The position numbers were made by a program, and so were the translations under genes. Positions 49,801 to 58,183 of a DNA stretch of 64,000 nt are shown in pieces (within the stretch, counting starts at the first letter, position 1; the number at the start of each line of letters is the position of its first letter). The notes beneath the pieces are model-generated. The model saw only the letters and a program-made list of their open reading frames with translations. It was not told the origin of the DNA and did no database searches. The DNA is from a virus, in the IMG/VR virus record IMGVR_UViG_3300042865_000182, positions 32,001 through 96,000 of that record; one strand, written 5' to 3'.

Positions 49801-52158
49801 TCTAATGAAAACTCATATCAAACAACCACATTGATGAATCCAGTAACAGGAGAGTATCAAAAGTATATGGGTGTTCCTGCTGGAAAATATGGTAAGAGTG
49901 TGATTAAAAATGAGTTCTTAACAATACCAAGAGGGGCTAACTGGGATCAGTATGTAGGTAAATATATTGATAACAGAGGAAACTTTTTACCACGGGAATA
50001 TAAACCTGGAGATAGAAATACAGCATATGATAACAAGTATATAAATGAAAAGTATATTGAGTTAGAACGATCAAACAGTGCTGAGTTTCAACTACTTAAG
50101 ACTATATCTGAAGAGTTTATTAAACTGCAAGAAGGTAAAGCTGTAAACAGTAGACTTTATCTTGATTTACCTAGATTTAGAAAAAGAAGTAATCTTGAGT
50201 TTGTACAGTCAGGTGAAACTAAAGAAAACATAATTGAAAAAATTGGTGGGTTTAAAGGTTTATGGAAAACATGGTTTGGTAAAGCTCCAGATGATGTTGA
50301 GTATGGATTTAACTTTGATGCTGGTAGCACTCTTGTATCAACAGATTTAGAAGGGAATCCTATAACTAAAATACCAGTAAGAGGTACATATAACTTAGAT
50401 TCTAAAATGGTATCTAAAGATGTATTAAGAAGTATGTATGAGTATTTACTTTCTCTAAATGAGCAACAAATACTTATGGAAAATGAACCTGTGGCAGATG
50501 CATTACTGAGTGTACTTACAAATAATCCAATTAAAGATCTTGAAAAATTAAATAAAGGTGAATTTAAACTTACAGGTAAAAGAAAGTATACTCCAAAAGA
50601 TGAGAATAGAAGACAGCAAGCCGTTAAGTATCTAATTGATAAAGTATTTTATGGGAAAAGTACTTCTTCTTTTGAAGAAGAAAATCCTAGAACAGCAAAA
50701 ATCTTCCAAGGAATGTTTAGAAGATCATCAAGAGCATTCATTGCTTTTGATCCACAGTCTGCTATTAAAAACCGTTGGGGACAACTATATCAAAATTCTA
50801 TTCTTGCTGCAGGAGGTAGATTTGTTACACCAGTTTCATTAGCAAAAGGTAAATTAAAAGCAAAACAATCTGCTACTTATTGGGTGTTTAAAGATGTATA
50901 TGAAAAAGGTATTAAAACACCTGATATTCAGTTAGTTGAAAGATTTGACCCTGCTCTAAGAACGCATGAGGAATTTGGTAAATCATCATCAAGATCTGTA
51001 TTTAAGGATCTTTCAGATATGACATATGCATTTGACTTTAGAAGGACTATGGAACTTGAAGCTTCTATGGAGTTATTCTGGGGTGTGATGTATAATAAAT
51101 ATGTAGATCAAAATGGTGAGTCTATTCCATATGCAGAAGCTTGGACATCAGATGAGGATGGAAAGTTGATACTTAAAGAAGGTATTGATCCTAATTATTC
51201 ATTTGATGAAGTATTTCATTCATTTAAGTTAGGTGAAACTTTAGAAAGTATAGCTAAAAAATATAATATATCTGTTGAAGCTCTTAAATATAGATCTGGT
51301 ATTGAATCTGTCTCAAATTTAATACCAGGAGAAGAAATAAGAGTGGGTGATGCTTCAGAGTTTAAAAGAATGAAGTTAATGCTACAAGGTGTAAATAAAA
51401 AAGTAACTGGTTCACTAGATAAATTTGATACACCACAAGCAGAAAAGTATCTATTATATAGAGCATTCACATTCTATAAAAGATTTGCTACAGGAATGTT
51501 CCTTGATAAATATCAAATGGATACAACAGCTGGAAATAAAGGAGGTTATGTCTATAACTGGGATACGCAAACACTTGAAAAAGGATATTATATTCAAGCA
51601 TTTCAAGCTATTTATAAGTTAATAAAAAGTATTGGTAGAGATTGGGCTATTCTTACTCCTCAAGAAAAAGTTGCAATGACAAGAGTGCTGGCAGAGGGTG
51701 TGTTATTATTCTTACTTGGAATGATAGTAGGTTCTTGGTGGTTTGATTGGGATCCAGAAGATTCAGATAGGTATAAACAAATGAAAAGAGATAATGCAAC
51801 TTGGTCAGGTTATTTTGGCAATCATTTAATGTACTTATTAATTACTACAAAATCTGAAAATGAGGCATTTTTACCTTTAATAGGTATTAAAGATCAAATG
51901 TCATACTTTGGAACTACAACTATTGCAACCGCAAATACAATAGATATGTATATTAAAATTATGTTTGATTTGTGGAACATAGCTACAGATAATCCTGATG
52001 CTATATATTCTAAACAAGATCAAGGCCCATATTTCTGGCAGAAAAAAGGAAGGTATAAACTATGGAATCATATTGGTAGCATGTATGGTATTAAAGGTAA
52101 AAATAAAGATGCTATGTGGGCAGTTAAGAAATTTGAACAATATGAAGCAACTAAATAA
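43834..52158 (+). CDS. Giant virion ejection protein with two zincin-like HExxH motifs, a LysM domain and a C-proximal hydrophobic helix
   Basis: 2774 aa; HEYAH (46213), HEFAH (46903); LysM 'GETLESIAKKYNISVEAL...LIPGEEI' (51217-51345); 'VLLFLLGMIVGSWWF'. Confidence 0.75.
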   Translation: MSKCLNVRDRNVARLIKDFGETTVSQLVESYFGDEVPTYDEFIANKDVKEQLNIIPISKVKNEIGTSFSKQLSTDRIIQLKQAISKANNKNYKAGNPEVYMLVNYQRVGEADLYTWGLRKVAGTLDVEAKIERAKAMVRESITPVSDLEKMIENDQHFLPEEDFEIGDEQLENERQALEILKQDAERAGLDYDDRYLYEERDEMVTPQPVSGIFDRLKDKLQQLYPAITLDISNNPVWEKGTQILNQQEYNNEVAFRIKTVDLLTSRKADEVFAKGLKNKWPLDKMLTELQVPKQQKQLIDSVLKDMPYFEGIPFNAQIAYAIADTYTYTLEINTATEDKRQWGDYFDNDQPFDNERFILNDSRYSVNYDENTFYGYLKDGLEITKEEFDNAQKEAFVKYKANENTIRPTSYYDNLTVPGGTNYTENEIATPGITPNIKGHAQFATKNGIGWFRSDNKVDGTSLGLTSAQLANMPEEDIAKFTDNTKTRRILEVQSDLFQKGRDREDLTNQEFPDDNDYEYAYAESFEEAEELEAEGWEKFGSTEDGGIQYIRLKSDAVLKNKKERQTSSNQFLQLLNKDNNWVNFFVKSIIQDSAKKGYEKVLFPKGDTASKVEGHETLENYKREKLKRIEFLEDNKEILSNTKPYKIGDYFDRDVENLPENERVNYNKVETQEEVDLLNEELSTEGIDNEINQLKKELADIEGPQGFGALRPIYNFYENTVSNVLKKQGYTPEVITDEYGNQWNQVTVNQVRDLQNILLQRNEADRIIGQANIKAMSVLLDAVNQKEDTLPHEYAHHYIAWFRNTPLVQEAISKWGSEEALVQSIGEQAVAQKGEAWGWWKKFTEWVMSLFDNLSTKDKQELTNILTDAFLQGVDLQTGKIGISAERSRELAAQASGIFNQTIEGSFDEQIQNIPGEYSQQAIDTELDRRIESQRQMDTEEASVDDTLNQLDPDNQKTILTATAFAEKLADAIGADYKFVSEAEAEAILANSPTPYGGQSGFYHANTVYLVKGRLSLDTVLHEFAHPLVKGILKDNPKLFNNLYAALASTPEGQDIIERVRQEYPNLEEGSDRFKEEAIVTSLEIKAASKVNDNSPFGKFIKNLMFAIKKVLRNMFSTKNGNAINLNKLSEKTTLNQLAEMLANPEFKVMNMELIPSDIAEFKNEITAKIEELKNVPKDKLQETIDRIYTDTLNQLNTLKQAPFKVKQELLSAKGTKILAYIREELEKYQTVNVRPQDVDPENVINAIADYETEMRLRSLALINSLNELKVFTDSIKNILDDLKNSKDKNTNANISKVVYYKGFLKSQLRMLEDLKDIPDLDRDGEFFRKINSIGDSIRDAEKKIYDIEFNFISEFFNNETDLMASAVENTFRDRVTLLLKAEGIEESEIEKFIEKVVNNPDGTEMTVKDIELPISSRRAKYIVDAAKEYYFKRLGRQQIEEYLRGERGDLGFFTAWITPYSNMDDPITGGFVKFIKEKMNDAMMRSQNQANDITLKLLPLLNAVGYNPARTNQLGDMLLFTDKVGFTNNNGVYEEKDVLTFINKFKNYRADRARLQNDFDLAKSKKDQVKMKEAYDALEAFDEKYMHRKFTKEYYDIQKIWKTGAVVKNPFTGEEVTVGAKVAFDSFLERQELLNKMNTLKNVHFLELEDLYELGDSEEQTKLEYNRLFDIYNLDGKPKTGEELERVLLRKKHRELSRNMYDYSPDTDRLQKDLDNFHQKLLARNINPEDAPAEGETMNKYQKEMDRFFRKNLKTAYTSDYYKSRQQIFEDIRKITEKAGVKSKVALELSELYKERYRLANSTADANGQPNGLNFTANQIDLLRDIENKIVALEESYNKKTGLTKEETARLQSYMNKVAIKVALTPEENQDFMTLYKTKNEMGLTELEMQTLNSKFAELAALSVKEPTDYYIEAFNYALRNTGLPEITVENADTWINSDYLTQALAKDKDFAQWYTRNHVEKQIYVKGEGMANKNFRLNVWTITKPSNENSYQTTTLMNPVTGEYQKYMGVPAGKYGKSVIKNEFLTIPRGANWDQYVGKYIDNRGNFLPREYKPGDRNTAYDNKYINEKYIELERSNSAEFQLLKTISEEFIKLQEGKAVNSRLYLDLPRFRKRSNLEFVQSGETKENIIEKIGGFKGLWKTWFGKAPDDVEYGFNFDAGSTLVSTDLEGNPITKIPVRGTYNLDSKMVSKDVLRSMYEYLLSLNEQQILMENEPVADALLSVLTNNPIKDLEKLNKGEFKLTGKRKYTPKDENRRQQAVKYLIDKVFYGKSTSSFEEENPRTAKIFQGMFRRSSRAFIAFDPQSAIKNRWGQLYQNSILAAGGRFVTPVSLAKGKLKAKQSATYWVFKDVYEKGIKTPDIQLVERFDPALRTHEEFGKSSSRSVFKDLSDMTYAFDFRRTMELEASMELFWGVMYNKYVDQNGESIPYAEAWTSDEDGKLILKEGIDPNYSFDEVFHSFKLGETLESIAKKYNISVEALKYRSGIESVSNLIPGEEIRVGDASEFKRMKLMLQGVNKKVTGSLDKFDTPQAEKYLLYRAFTFYKRFATGMFLDKYQMDTTAGNKGGYVYNWDTQTLEKGYYIQAFQAIYKLIKSIGRDWAILTPQEKVAMTRVLAEGVLLFLLGMIVGSWWFDWDPEDSDRYKQMKRDNATWSGYFGNHLMYLLITTKSENEAFLPLIGIKDQMSYFGTTTIATANTIDMYIKIMFDLWNIATDNPDAIYSKQDQGPYFWQKKGRYKLWNHIGSMYGIKGKNKDAMWAVKKFEQYEATK

Positions 52159-52165
52159 ATAAACA

Positions 52166-52306
52166 ATGGCAAAGGCAACAACAACTACAACAAAAGTATA
52201 CAGCAAGCCTAAAGTCTCAAGACCTGGTGTTCATGCAAAAACCAAATCATCTAAGTCTAAGAATAGCAAGCTGTATAAGAAAGGTTATCGGTCACAGGGC
52301 AGATAA
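52166..52306 (+). CDS. Small very basic protein (46 aa; not in the ORF track)
   Basis: MAKATTTTTKVYSKPKVSRPGVHAKTKSSKSKNSKLYKKGYRSQGR; A-rich leader; fills the gap before the terminator. Confidence 0.7.
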   Translation: MAKATTTTTKVYSKPKVSRPGVHAKTKSSKSKNSKLYKKGYRSQGR

Positions 52307-52340
52307 AAAAAAAGGGAGAACCCGAAGGCTCTCCCATTTA
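52305..52340 (-). terminator. Terminator at the convergence of the two genome arms (strong on -, possibly bidirectional)
   Basis: Minus strand GGGAGAGCC-TTCG-GGTTCTCCC-T9. Confidence 0.9.
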
Positions 52341-52508
52341 TTCTTCTTCACAACAGTCACAGTCTTCTGACTCTAGTTGTCCGTACTCATTATCAAACCA
52401 ATCTCTAGCATCCTTTTTGTTAGGTTCATCTATATCTCCTGAAGCCATTGCTTCTGCTCCAGCCATATAGGCTTCAATCATTGCTTTCCTGAATGTTATT
52501 GGATGCAT
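52338..52508 (-). CDS. Small acidic hypothetical protein (56 aa; not in the ORF track)
   Basis: MHPITFRKAMIEAYMAGAEA...EDCDCCEEE; starts 1 nt after the upstream stop and ends at the terminator. Confidence 0.65.
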   Translation of the reverse strand: MHPITFRKAMIEAYMAGAEAMASGDIDEPNKKDARDWFDNEYGQLESEDCDCCEEE

Positions 52509-52509
52509 G

Positions 52510-52896
52510 TTAATCTACTTTAATAAACTTACTTAAATCTGGTCTGAAGTATCCAGGACCTTTTAATATCTTATTATCCTCTCTAAGTATAGGTTTTCCA
52601 TCCTCACCTAGTTTACTCATATTACTAGCATGTATTTCATCAAATACTTCTTCTATAATATTCTGCATACCATGTTTAAGAATAGTTCCACATAAGATAT
52701 ATAACTGGTCTCCCAAAGCATCTGCTATTTCTACTAATGAGTTTTTGTCACATGCATCAAGGTATTCATCATTTTCTTCAGCCATTAGTTTATGTCTTAG
52801 TACTACTTCATCTGGTCCTAAATTTTGTGACCATGTTCCATTTTCTTGTCCAAAAGCTTCATGAAACTTTTTTACTTTAGTTAATTGTTTTTCCAT
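52510..52896 (-). CDS. MazG-like/PRA-PH-type all-alpha NTP pyrophosphohydrolase
   Basis: 'EENDEY...EIADALGDQLYILCG...EIHASNMSKL...KILKGP' motif set. Confidence 0.85.
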   Translation of the reverse strand: MEKQLTKVKKFHEAFGQENGTWSQNLGPDEVVLRHKLMAEENDEYLDACDKNSLVEIADALGDQLYILCGTILKHGMQNIIEEVFDEIHASNMSKLGEDGKPILREDNKILKGPGYFRPDLSKFIKVD

Positions 52897-52907
52897 ATTG
52901 TAAAGTT

Positions 52908-52938
52908 AAAAAAAAAGGGGACACATTTCTGCATCCCC
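52908..52938 (-). terminator. Rho-independent terminator
   Basis: Minus strand GGGGATGCA-GAAA-TGTGTCCCC followed by a T run. Confidence 0.85.
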
Positions 52939-52977
52939 TGGATTGTATTAACCTGTTTTATTATGATTACAGGATTT

Positions 52978-54213
52978 TTAGAAAAAGTCTGGGGTGTTAT
53001 CCTTTTCTTCTTCAGTTTCATTAAAGTCAAGATCAAAATCATCTTTTAGTGCAAATTCATCATCAAAGTTTGCAGTAACCACAGGTGCTTCAAAAGTATT
53101 ACCTGCTGGGTCAGTATAGTTAACTACACCTTCTGCTTCAAATTGAATATGATCTTCTTCAGTTGGCTCAAGACTTAATACATCTTCCTTAGCTTCAGTA
53201 ATATCTAGGATGATTTCTTCTGACTGGTGCAAAACCTCTTCAGTTTCTACCTCTTCTTGCACCACTTGATTATCAGACTCTTGCATTTTTTCAAGAACTT
53301 CTTCAATTGGTAAATTTCTCACACCTTCAGCACTTACAGCAATACCAGATACACCAAAAATAAGTTCATCTTTTAAAGCTTGTTCTGTAACTTCAGCAAT
53401 CTGATCTAGAATATTAGTTTGATTTGGATCTTCATATAAAGGATCTACAACTGGTGCACTTAAATTAATAGGTGGTGCACTTACAGATTGAGGTGGTGCA
53501 CTAAAATCACAAATTGTCCCTATAAAGTAATGCAAAATTCTTTGGTCTTCCATCCATGTCTTAGGATGTGATGACTGTAATGCATTAGTTACAAAGTTAT
53601 AGAAGGCCCATAAACTATCAGTATTCTTAAATACTTGTTGTGGTCTCTTCATTTGATCTCTGATCATACTAGCCTGCTCAGTAGTAAGAATCTCATACTC
53701 AGCAAATAGTACACCCAAAAGCTGAGACTGTTTTCTCTTATTCAAGCTTACTACTTCCATAGCAACTTTATCAGAACATAGCTGATTATAATACATATAT
53801 GCATTAGTGATATAGTCATCAATAGTGGCTTTTGTCTCCGTATCTGCAGTACCTGTGTGTTTTCTAACCCAGCTACCAACTTCTCCAGACATCATAACAG
53901 ATCCACTATTGTTTATATAAGCTCCTACTACACATTTAAACTTTACTTGTTTATTATAACTGTTTGTCCATGCAAACATCATTGACAACTCAGGGTCATT
54001 GTTGAAATTCAACTTATAAATTCCTTGAGCTATTTGTCCATCAGCAGTACATCTGTACTCCTCATCTACAATACCAAACCCTGCATTAGCAAGGGCTTGA
54101 TAAGCATAATCAATAACAAACTGGTGACTAATCACTGTATAAGTAGTACCATGATTTGGTAATGGTACACTTATTAAGTTTGCTTTTGTTGTGTGTTGTA
54201 TTTTCTTTGGCAT
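52978..54213 (-). CDS. DUF932-like protein with a long acidic C-terminal tail
   Basis: 'TYTVISH...NSYNK...RKHTG...SLWAFYNFVT' pattern; acidic tail ending PDFF. Confidence 0.6.
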   Translation of the reverse strand: MPKKIQHTTKANLISVPLPNHGTTYTVISHQFVIDYAYQALANAGFGIVDEEYRCTADGQIAQGIYKLNFNNDPELSMMFAWTNSYNKQVKFKCVVGAYINNSGSVMMSGEVGSWVRKHTGTADTETKATIDDYITNAYMYYNQLCSDKVAMEVVSLNKRKQSQLLGVLFAEYEILTTEQASMIRDQMKRPQQVFKNTDSLWAFYNFVTNALQSSHPKTWMEDQRILHYFIGTICDFSAPPQSVSAPPINLSAPVVDPLYEDPNQTNILDQIAEVTEQALKDELIFGVSGIAVSAEGVRNLPIEEVLEKMQESDNQVVQEEVETEEVLHQSEEIILDITEAKEDVLSLEPTEEDHIQFEAEGVVNYTDPAGNTFEAPVVTANFDDEFALKDDFDLDFNETEEEKDNTPDFF

Positions 54214-56127
54214 TTAAAATAAACTTAATTGATTTACATTTGGTTCTAAACCTTCTATTTCTTTCTTAATATTCTCAAGATAATATTTGTAATTAATCTC
54301 ATACTCATCAAAGTCCATATCATCTATGTGGTTGATATAAATTTGCTGGAGCCATTTGCCGGCCTCAATATTTATCTCCCTACCATCAGAGTTATTAATC
54401 TTCATGATCTTAGATCCCGTATTACATACATAATATCTTAGAGTGTGTTGTAGTTCTTTTTCCCTATACACACCATTTACAATAGATCTTTCTACATATT
54501 TCCAATCACCCTTAATCTTCTTGCCTCCACAGTAATCAAAGATATTTCTGTTGGACTTGAGATAATCCTCAGGCTGGATACCTTCTACAAAATATGCATG
54601 CAAAGTTTTAGGTATAACTAAAAAACTTTTATTCTTGTGCAGAGCCAAGTCAGCATACTCAAATCTACCTTTGCATTTAGACTTACCATCTTCAGTAACA
54701 GCAATGTAATTATTTACATCACCTAGTACTAGTTTACTATATGTATCATGTTCTAGTTGTAGACTAGTCATCTTCTCCCATATCTTGCAAATCTCCATAT
54801 ACTTGTCCATCTGGTCCCTTGGAATCATAGTTTCCAAACCATCTGTATTTTGCATTAGTGGAATTGCACCCGGGATACCTTCACAAATCATCTCATACAA
54901 CATAGTAAGACTAAGCTGACCATTAATAGTAATCTTCATAGTAAACTCAGGATCATACAGGAAACTGTTCTCATCATTGCTGAGACCATAAGTTGAATTT
55001 AAAATAATCTTATATACATAGTTCTTTGGGTCCTTTTTGGGTATAACCTTTCTCTCATCAAAGAACCATTCATACTGAGTACAAAACTCTTCTTGTGGTA
55101 AATGTGCCGGAGCCCATCTATTTCTAATAGCTAGATTAGGGTAAAAACTTGTAACATCTGAAGTCATGATAACCATGTCTTCTGTTGCATTATATACCCT
55201 ACTTGCTCTAGCACCATGAATACCACCAAGACCATAGTCTGTTTTAACTCCCTTATACTGTACAGAATACTTAAATCCACCTTTTGTTTCACCAGTGTGG
55301 ATAACCACATCCTGGAACTTTTTAAGGAGATGTTGAAATGTTGCTGTCTCAAAGCTTATATAAGGTAGTATGATATCTTTTACAACAATCTGCTCCCTCT
55401 TAGTTCTCATCTGACGGAGATCATACTTCTTGATACCAGTTTGTTTACTAAGGAAATGTAGAAACAACTCTTTAGCTATCCTTGGTTCAGAGGCTGAGAA
55501 TAAATCAATACCATATTCTTCAGTAAGTGCTCTTCTTAACTCAATCTGACCCTTACTCAAACTCATGATTTGCTTAGTAGACCGGACATCATTAATACAA
55601 TAACCTACAATAGATGCTATTTGACCTTCTGTAACTTCAGTATAGTGTGGAATAGGCATATCTTTTATGTTCTTCCAATCCATTGTATACTGAATCCACT
55701 TCAGGCTTGATCTTTTAGCTGGGTTATCCCAGTGATTAAGCTTAAATACATCTATCTGTCTGATATGTAAGTCTCTAGAACCAAATTCAGCAAACTCACC
55801 ACCATTACTTCTTTGAATAGTAGCTTGTGCTTTCTGATAAATAAACCTAGCAATAGTCTCACCATCTTGTTCCAGTAACTGTTCTTTATTCCGGAGAATA
55901 TGTTCAGTAATCTGACTGTCAAAAGCAAGACCATTAAAGCTAACATGCCATTCTTCAAGAGTTATATTTCTCTCAAGGAATGTTACCAGTTCTAGTATAT
56001 CATTTTTTGATTTATGACAGATAAAAACTTCTCTGTGCTCAGACTTTACATCCTCAAAGACTCCCAAAAAACAATTGGATAAAGTCTCCCAGTCCATGAC
56101 CCAGTGGGTCCTATTTATATTTCCCAT
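54214..56127 (-). CDS. Family B DNA polymerase with 3'-5' exonuclease
   Basis: ExoI DWE, ExoII FNGLAFD, ExoIII YCIND; polymerase motifs DVTSFYP, KIILNSTYG, NTDG; C-terminal QLSLF. Confidence 0.92.
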   Translation of the reverse strand: MGNINRTHWVMDWETLSNCFLGVFEDVKSEHREVFICHKSKNDILELVTFLERNITLEEWHVSFNGLAFDSQITEHILRNKEQLLEQDGETIARFIYQKAQATIQRSNGGEFAEFGSRDLHIRQIDVFKLNHWDNPAKRSSLKWIQYTMDWKNIKDMPIPHYTEVTEGQIASIVGYCINDVRSTKQIMSLSKGQIELRRALTEEYGIDLFSASEPRIAKELFLHFLSKQTGIKKYDLRQMRTKREQIVVKDIILPYISFETATFQHLLKKFQDVVIHTGETKGGFKYSVQYKGVKTDYGLGGIHGARASRVYNATEDMVIMTSDVTSFYPNLAIRNRWAPAHLPQEEFCTQYEWFFDERKVIPKKDPKNYVYKIILNSTYGLSNDENSFLYDPEFTMKITINGQLSLTMLYEMICEGIPGAIPLMQNTDGLETMIPRDQMDKYMEICKIWEKMTSLQLEHDTYSKLVLGDVNNYIAVTEDGKSKCKGRFEYADLALHKNKSFLVIPKTLHAYFVEGIQPEDYLKSNRNIFDYCGGKKIKGDWKYVERSIVNGVYREKELQHTLRYYVCNTGSKIMKINNSDGREINIEAGKWLQQIYINHIDDMDFDEYEINYKYYLENIKKEIEGLEPNVNQLSLF

Positions 56128-56166
56128 ATCTTAGTTCAGTTAAGCTGTTCCCCCGTTTAATTAAAT

Positions 56167-56200
56167 AAAAAAGAGGGTGTTTGGTACCCACCCTCTCTTT
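56167..56200 (-). terminator. Rho-independent terminator
   Basis: Minus strand AGAGGGTG...CACCCTCT followed by TTTTT. Confidence 0.8.
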
Positions 56201-56217
56201 AAACTAATTGAAAATGT

Positions 56218-56574
56218 TTATGCAGGCTCCAACAACATAAACTTCTTATAGTCAAACTTCTTAGCATTAACTGCAAATAGTTTGATAACTTCATCTATTG
56301 CATCCTTGTCTTCTACATAAAACTCTTGAAACACTTCAATCTTGTGTCTCTCTTGTTTCATACCTTTTGTACCAGCTACCGGTTGACCATAGTCATCTAC
56401 TTTTGGTAACATATGTAATGACACTTTTCTAATCTTAGAAATCACTACAAATACCTTAGTATCTGGGTCCATGATACACTCCACATAAGGACAAGACTCA
56501 GTAATAGGAATCATTCTGAAAGTTTGCTTGTCATTCCATGTGGATTGTACAAGCATCATTGTGTTTTCACTCAT
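56218..56574 (-). CDS. Hypothetical protein (118 aa)
   Basis: ORF with its own promoter, A-rich leader and terminator. Confidence 0.75.
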   Translation of the reverse strand: MSENTMMLVQSTWNDKQTFRMIPITESCPYVECIMDPDTKVFVVISKIRKVSLHMLPKVDDYGQPVAGTKGMKQERHKIEVFQEFYVEDKDAIDEVIKLFAVNAKKFDYKKFMLLEPA

Positions 56575-56594
56575 TTTTTTGTTGGTTTAATTTT

Positions 56595-57164
56595 TTACAA
56601 ATTTACTGTTTTTTCTATATTTTCCAAGTTTGCAACTTCCAATACTAAATTTTCCTTGTCTAAGTTTGGTTTATCACATAACTCACCTACTTCTTTTAGT
56701 AGTTCAACATTCACACTTAGCAAATTTGCATATGTTTCAAAATGTTTTTCAGGAAATAAATAGCTAGCAACATATGTATAGTTACCAGACTTTGAATCAA
56801 AGAAGTTTAATATTTTACGCTTTATATCATAATTTAACTTACTGTATCTTCCATATACTAAATGGAACCAGTTATATTCTAAATCAGAAAAATCAAATGT
56901 GAATATACTTTTATCACCAGCTGCTATATAATCACAAAGTCTAGAGTGTTTAAGTAAAACATTCTTTTCAAAGTTAATATACTCAACATCAGTGCGGGTG
57001 TGATAAACACATATTAGTTTCATATCCTCAGGAGTAATAGTATTATTCCAACCCAAATAGGTTTCTTCTGGAACAACACTTGTGCCCCTTTTAATGTCCA
57101 AGAGCGGATACAAAAATATCTTGGACTTCTGAAAGTACTTCTTATAAAGCGCATTAATAACCAT
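56595..57164 (-). CDS. Hypothetical protein (189 aa)
   Basis: ORF packed in the operon with the exonuclease gene. Confidence 0.75.
   Translation of the reverse strand: MVINALYKKYFQKSKIFLYPLLDIKRGTSVVPEETYLGWNNTITPEDMKLICVYHTRTDVEYINFEKNVLLKHSRLCDYIAAGDKSIFTFDFSDLEYNWFHLVYGRYSKLNYDIKRKILNFFDSKSGNYTYVASYLFPEKHFETYANLLSVNVELLKEVGELCDKPNLDKENLVLEVANLENIEKTVNL
56598..56627 (-). promoter_or_regulatory. Bacteroidota primary-sigma promoter (TTG-N19-TAAATTTG)
   Basis: Matches the -33 TTG / -7 TAnnTTTG consensus with canonical spacing, upstream of ATG 56574. Confidence 0.65.
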
Positions 57165-57169
57165 AAGTT

Positions 57170-58183
57170 CTACAATTTAATATTACCAACTGCAAGATCA
57201 AATGGTAAGTCATATCTCTTCTGTGTATAATGCCACTGGGCTATTTGTATAACAGATTTGAAATCACCCTTCCACTTGGTCATTGTTTCTGCAGAGACTT
57301 GGAAAGGATAAACTAAATTGTATTTGTCAATCACAATAAAGGTTACTTGCACCTGCCAATCTCTAGCATCTGGTTTGTCTTTCAAGAACTTATCTGAAGC
57401 TAGAATAGTATAGATAACAGCTTGTATCCAATACTTATAGTACTCAACAGCTTCCGGGAAATCCTGAATTGACTTGCCAGTAGTTTTGAGGTCATTGATG
57501 AATATCACCTTTGCCTCAGTATCAACTACAACATTGTCAAGAATTCCGTGAAAACCAAAAGGTAATTTGTCATGATCAACCCTAATAGGCAACTCATTAT
57601 AGGTCTCAATGTGTGCGTCTTCCTCAGTTATATCTAGTGCTAATAAAGATCTTATGTCTTTATTACTCTTTAGTATCTCTACCTGTGCTCTGCAGCCATC
57701 CAAAGTAGGTTGATCAACTATTGATTTGTCTAGACTGTTCTTAAGGAATTCAAAATACTCTTTGTGGTCATCAGTAAGAATCTTGTCAAGTCTTTGCTGA
57801 TCTGTTTTAAGATTTTGATAAAGATTTGCTGTGAGTAGCTGTGTGAGTATATCTTGTGAGTAGTCTTCCAAAATTAATGAATTATTTCCATATCCAAGAT
57901 GTACTCTAAAAATATTATCAATAATTTTCTTTGGGTTATCACTGGGTAGTTTCCCAGGCATACTAATAAATTTATCATCATATGCTTCTGGCTCAAAGAG
58001 TAAACAGTGTAGGACGCTCCCTCCTACAAGGTGAGCATCCTTACTGTCTTCCCGCTGGTTGAGCACATAATGATTGTAAAACATAGCAGGTGAATAAAGT
58101 AGCTTATTCAACCCACTATAGCTAAAATAAAATTTCTTCTGATAGAATTTTTCTATTTCATCAGAACCATTCAAAGTCATCAT
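57170..58183 (-). CDS. PD-(D/E)XK exonuclease (RecE/ExoVIII- or Cas4-like fold)
   Basis: 'FSYSGLNKL', 'GSVLHC', 'GILDN...INDLKTT', 'YWIQAVIY'. Confidence 0.8.
   Translation of the reverse strand: MMTLNGSDEIEKFYQKKFYFSYSGLNKLLYSPAMFYNHYVLNQREDSKDAHLVGGSVLHCLLFEPEAYDDKFISMPGKLPSDNPKKIIDNIFRVHLGYGNNSLILEDYSQDILTQLLTANLYQNLKTDQQRLDKILTDDHKEYFEFLKNSLDKSIVDQPTLDGCRAQVEILKSNKDIRSLLALDITEEDAHIETYNELPIRVDHDKLPFGFHGILDNVVVDTEAKVIFINDLKTTGKSIQDFPEAVEYYKYWIQAVIYTILASDKFLKDKPDARDWQVQVTFIVIDKYNLVYPFQVSAETMTKWKGDFKSVIQIAQWHYTQKRYDLPFDLAVGNIKL

Noticed and set aside
376-51622. Short antisense and alternate-frame ORFs inside the long + strand genes (e.g. 16513..16959, 33694..34152, 40879..41277)
   Set aside because: Shadow ORFs fully overlapping long genes, with no leaders or recognisable motifs.
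57170-58183. Cas4 of a CRISPR-Cas system
   Set aside because: No four-Cys Fe-S motif, no cas genes or array; better read as a recombination exonuclease.
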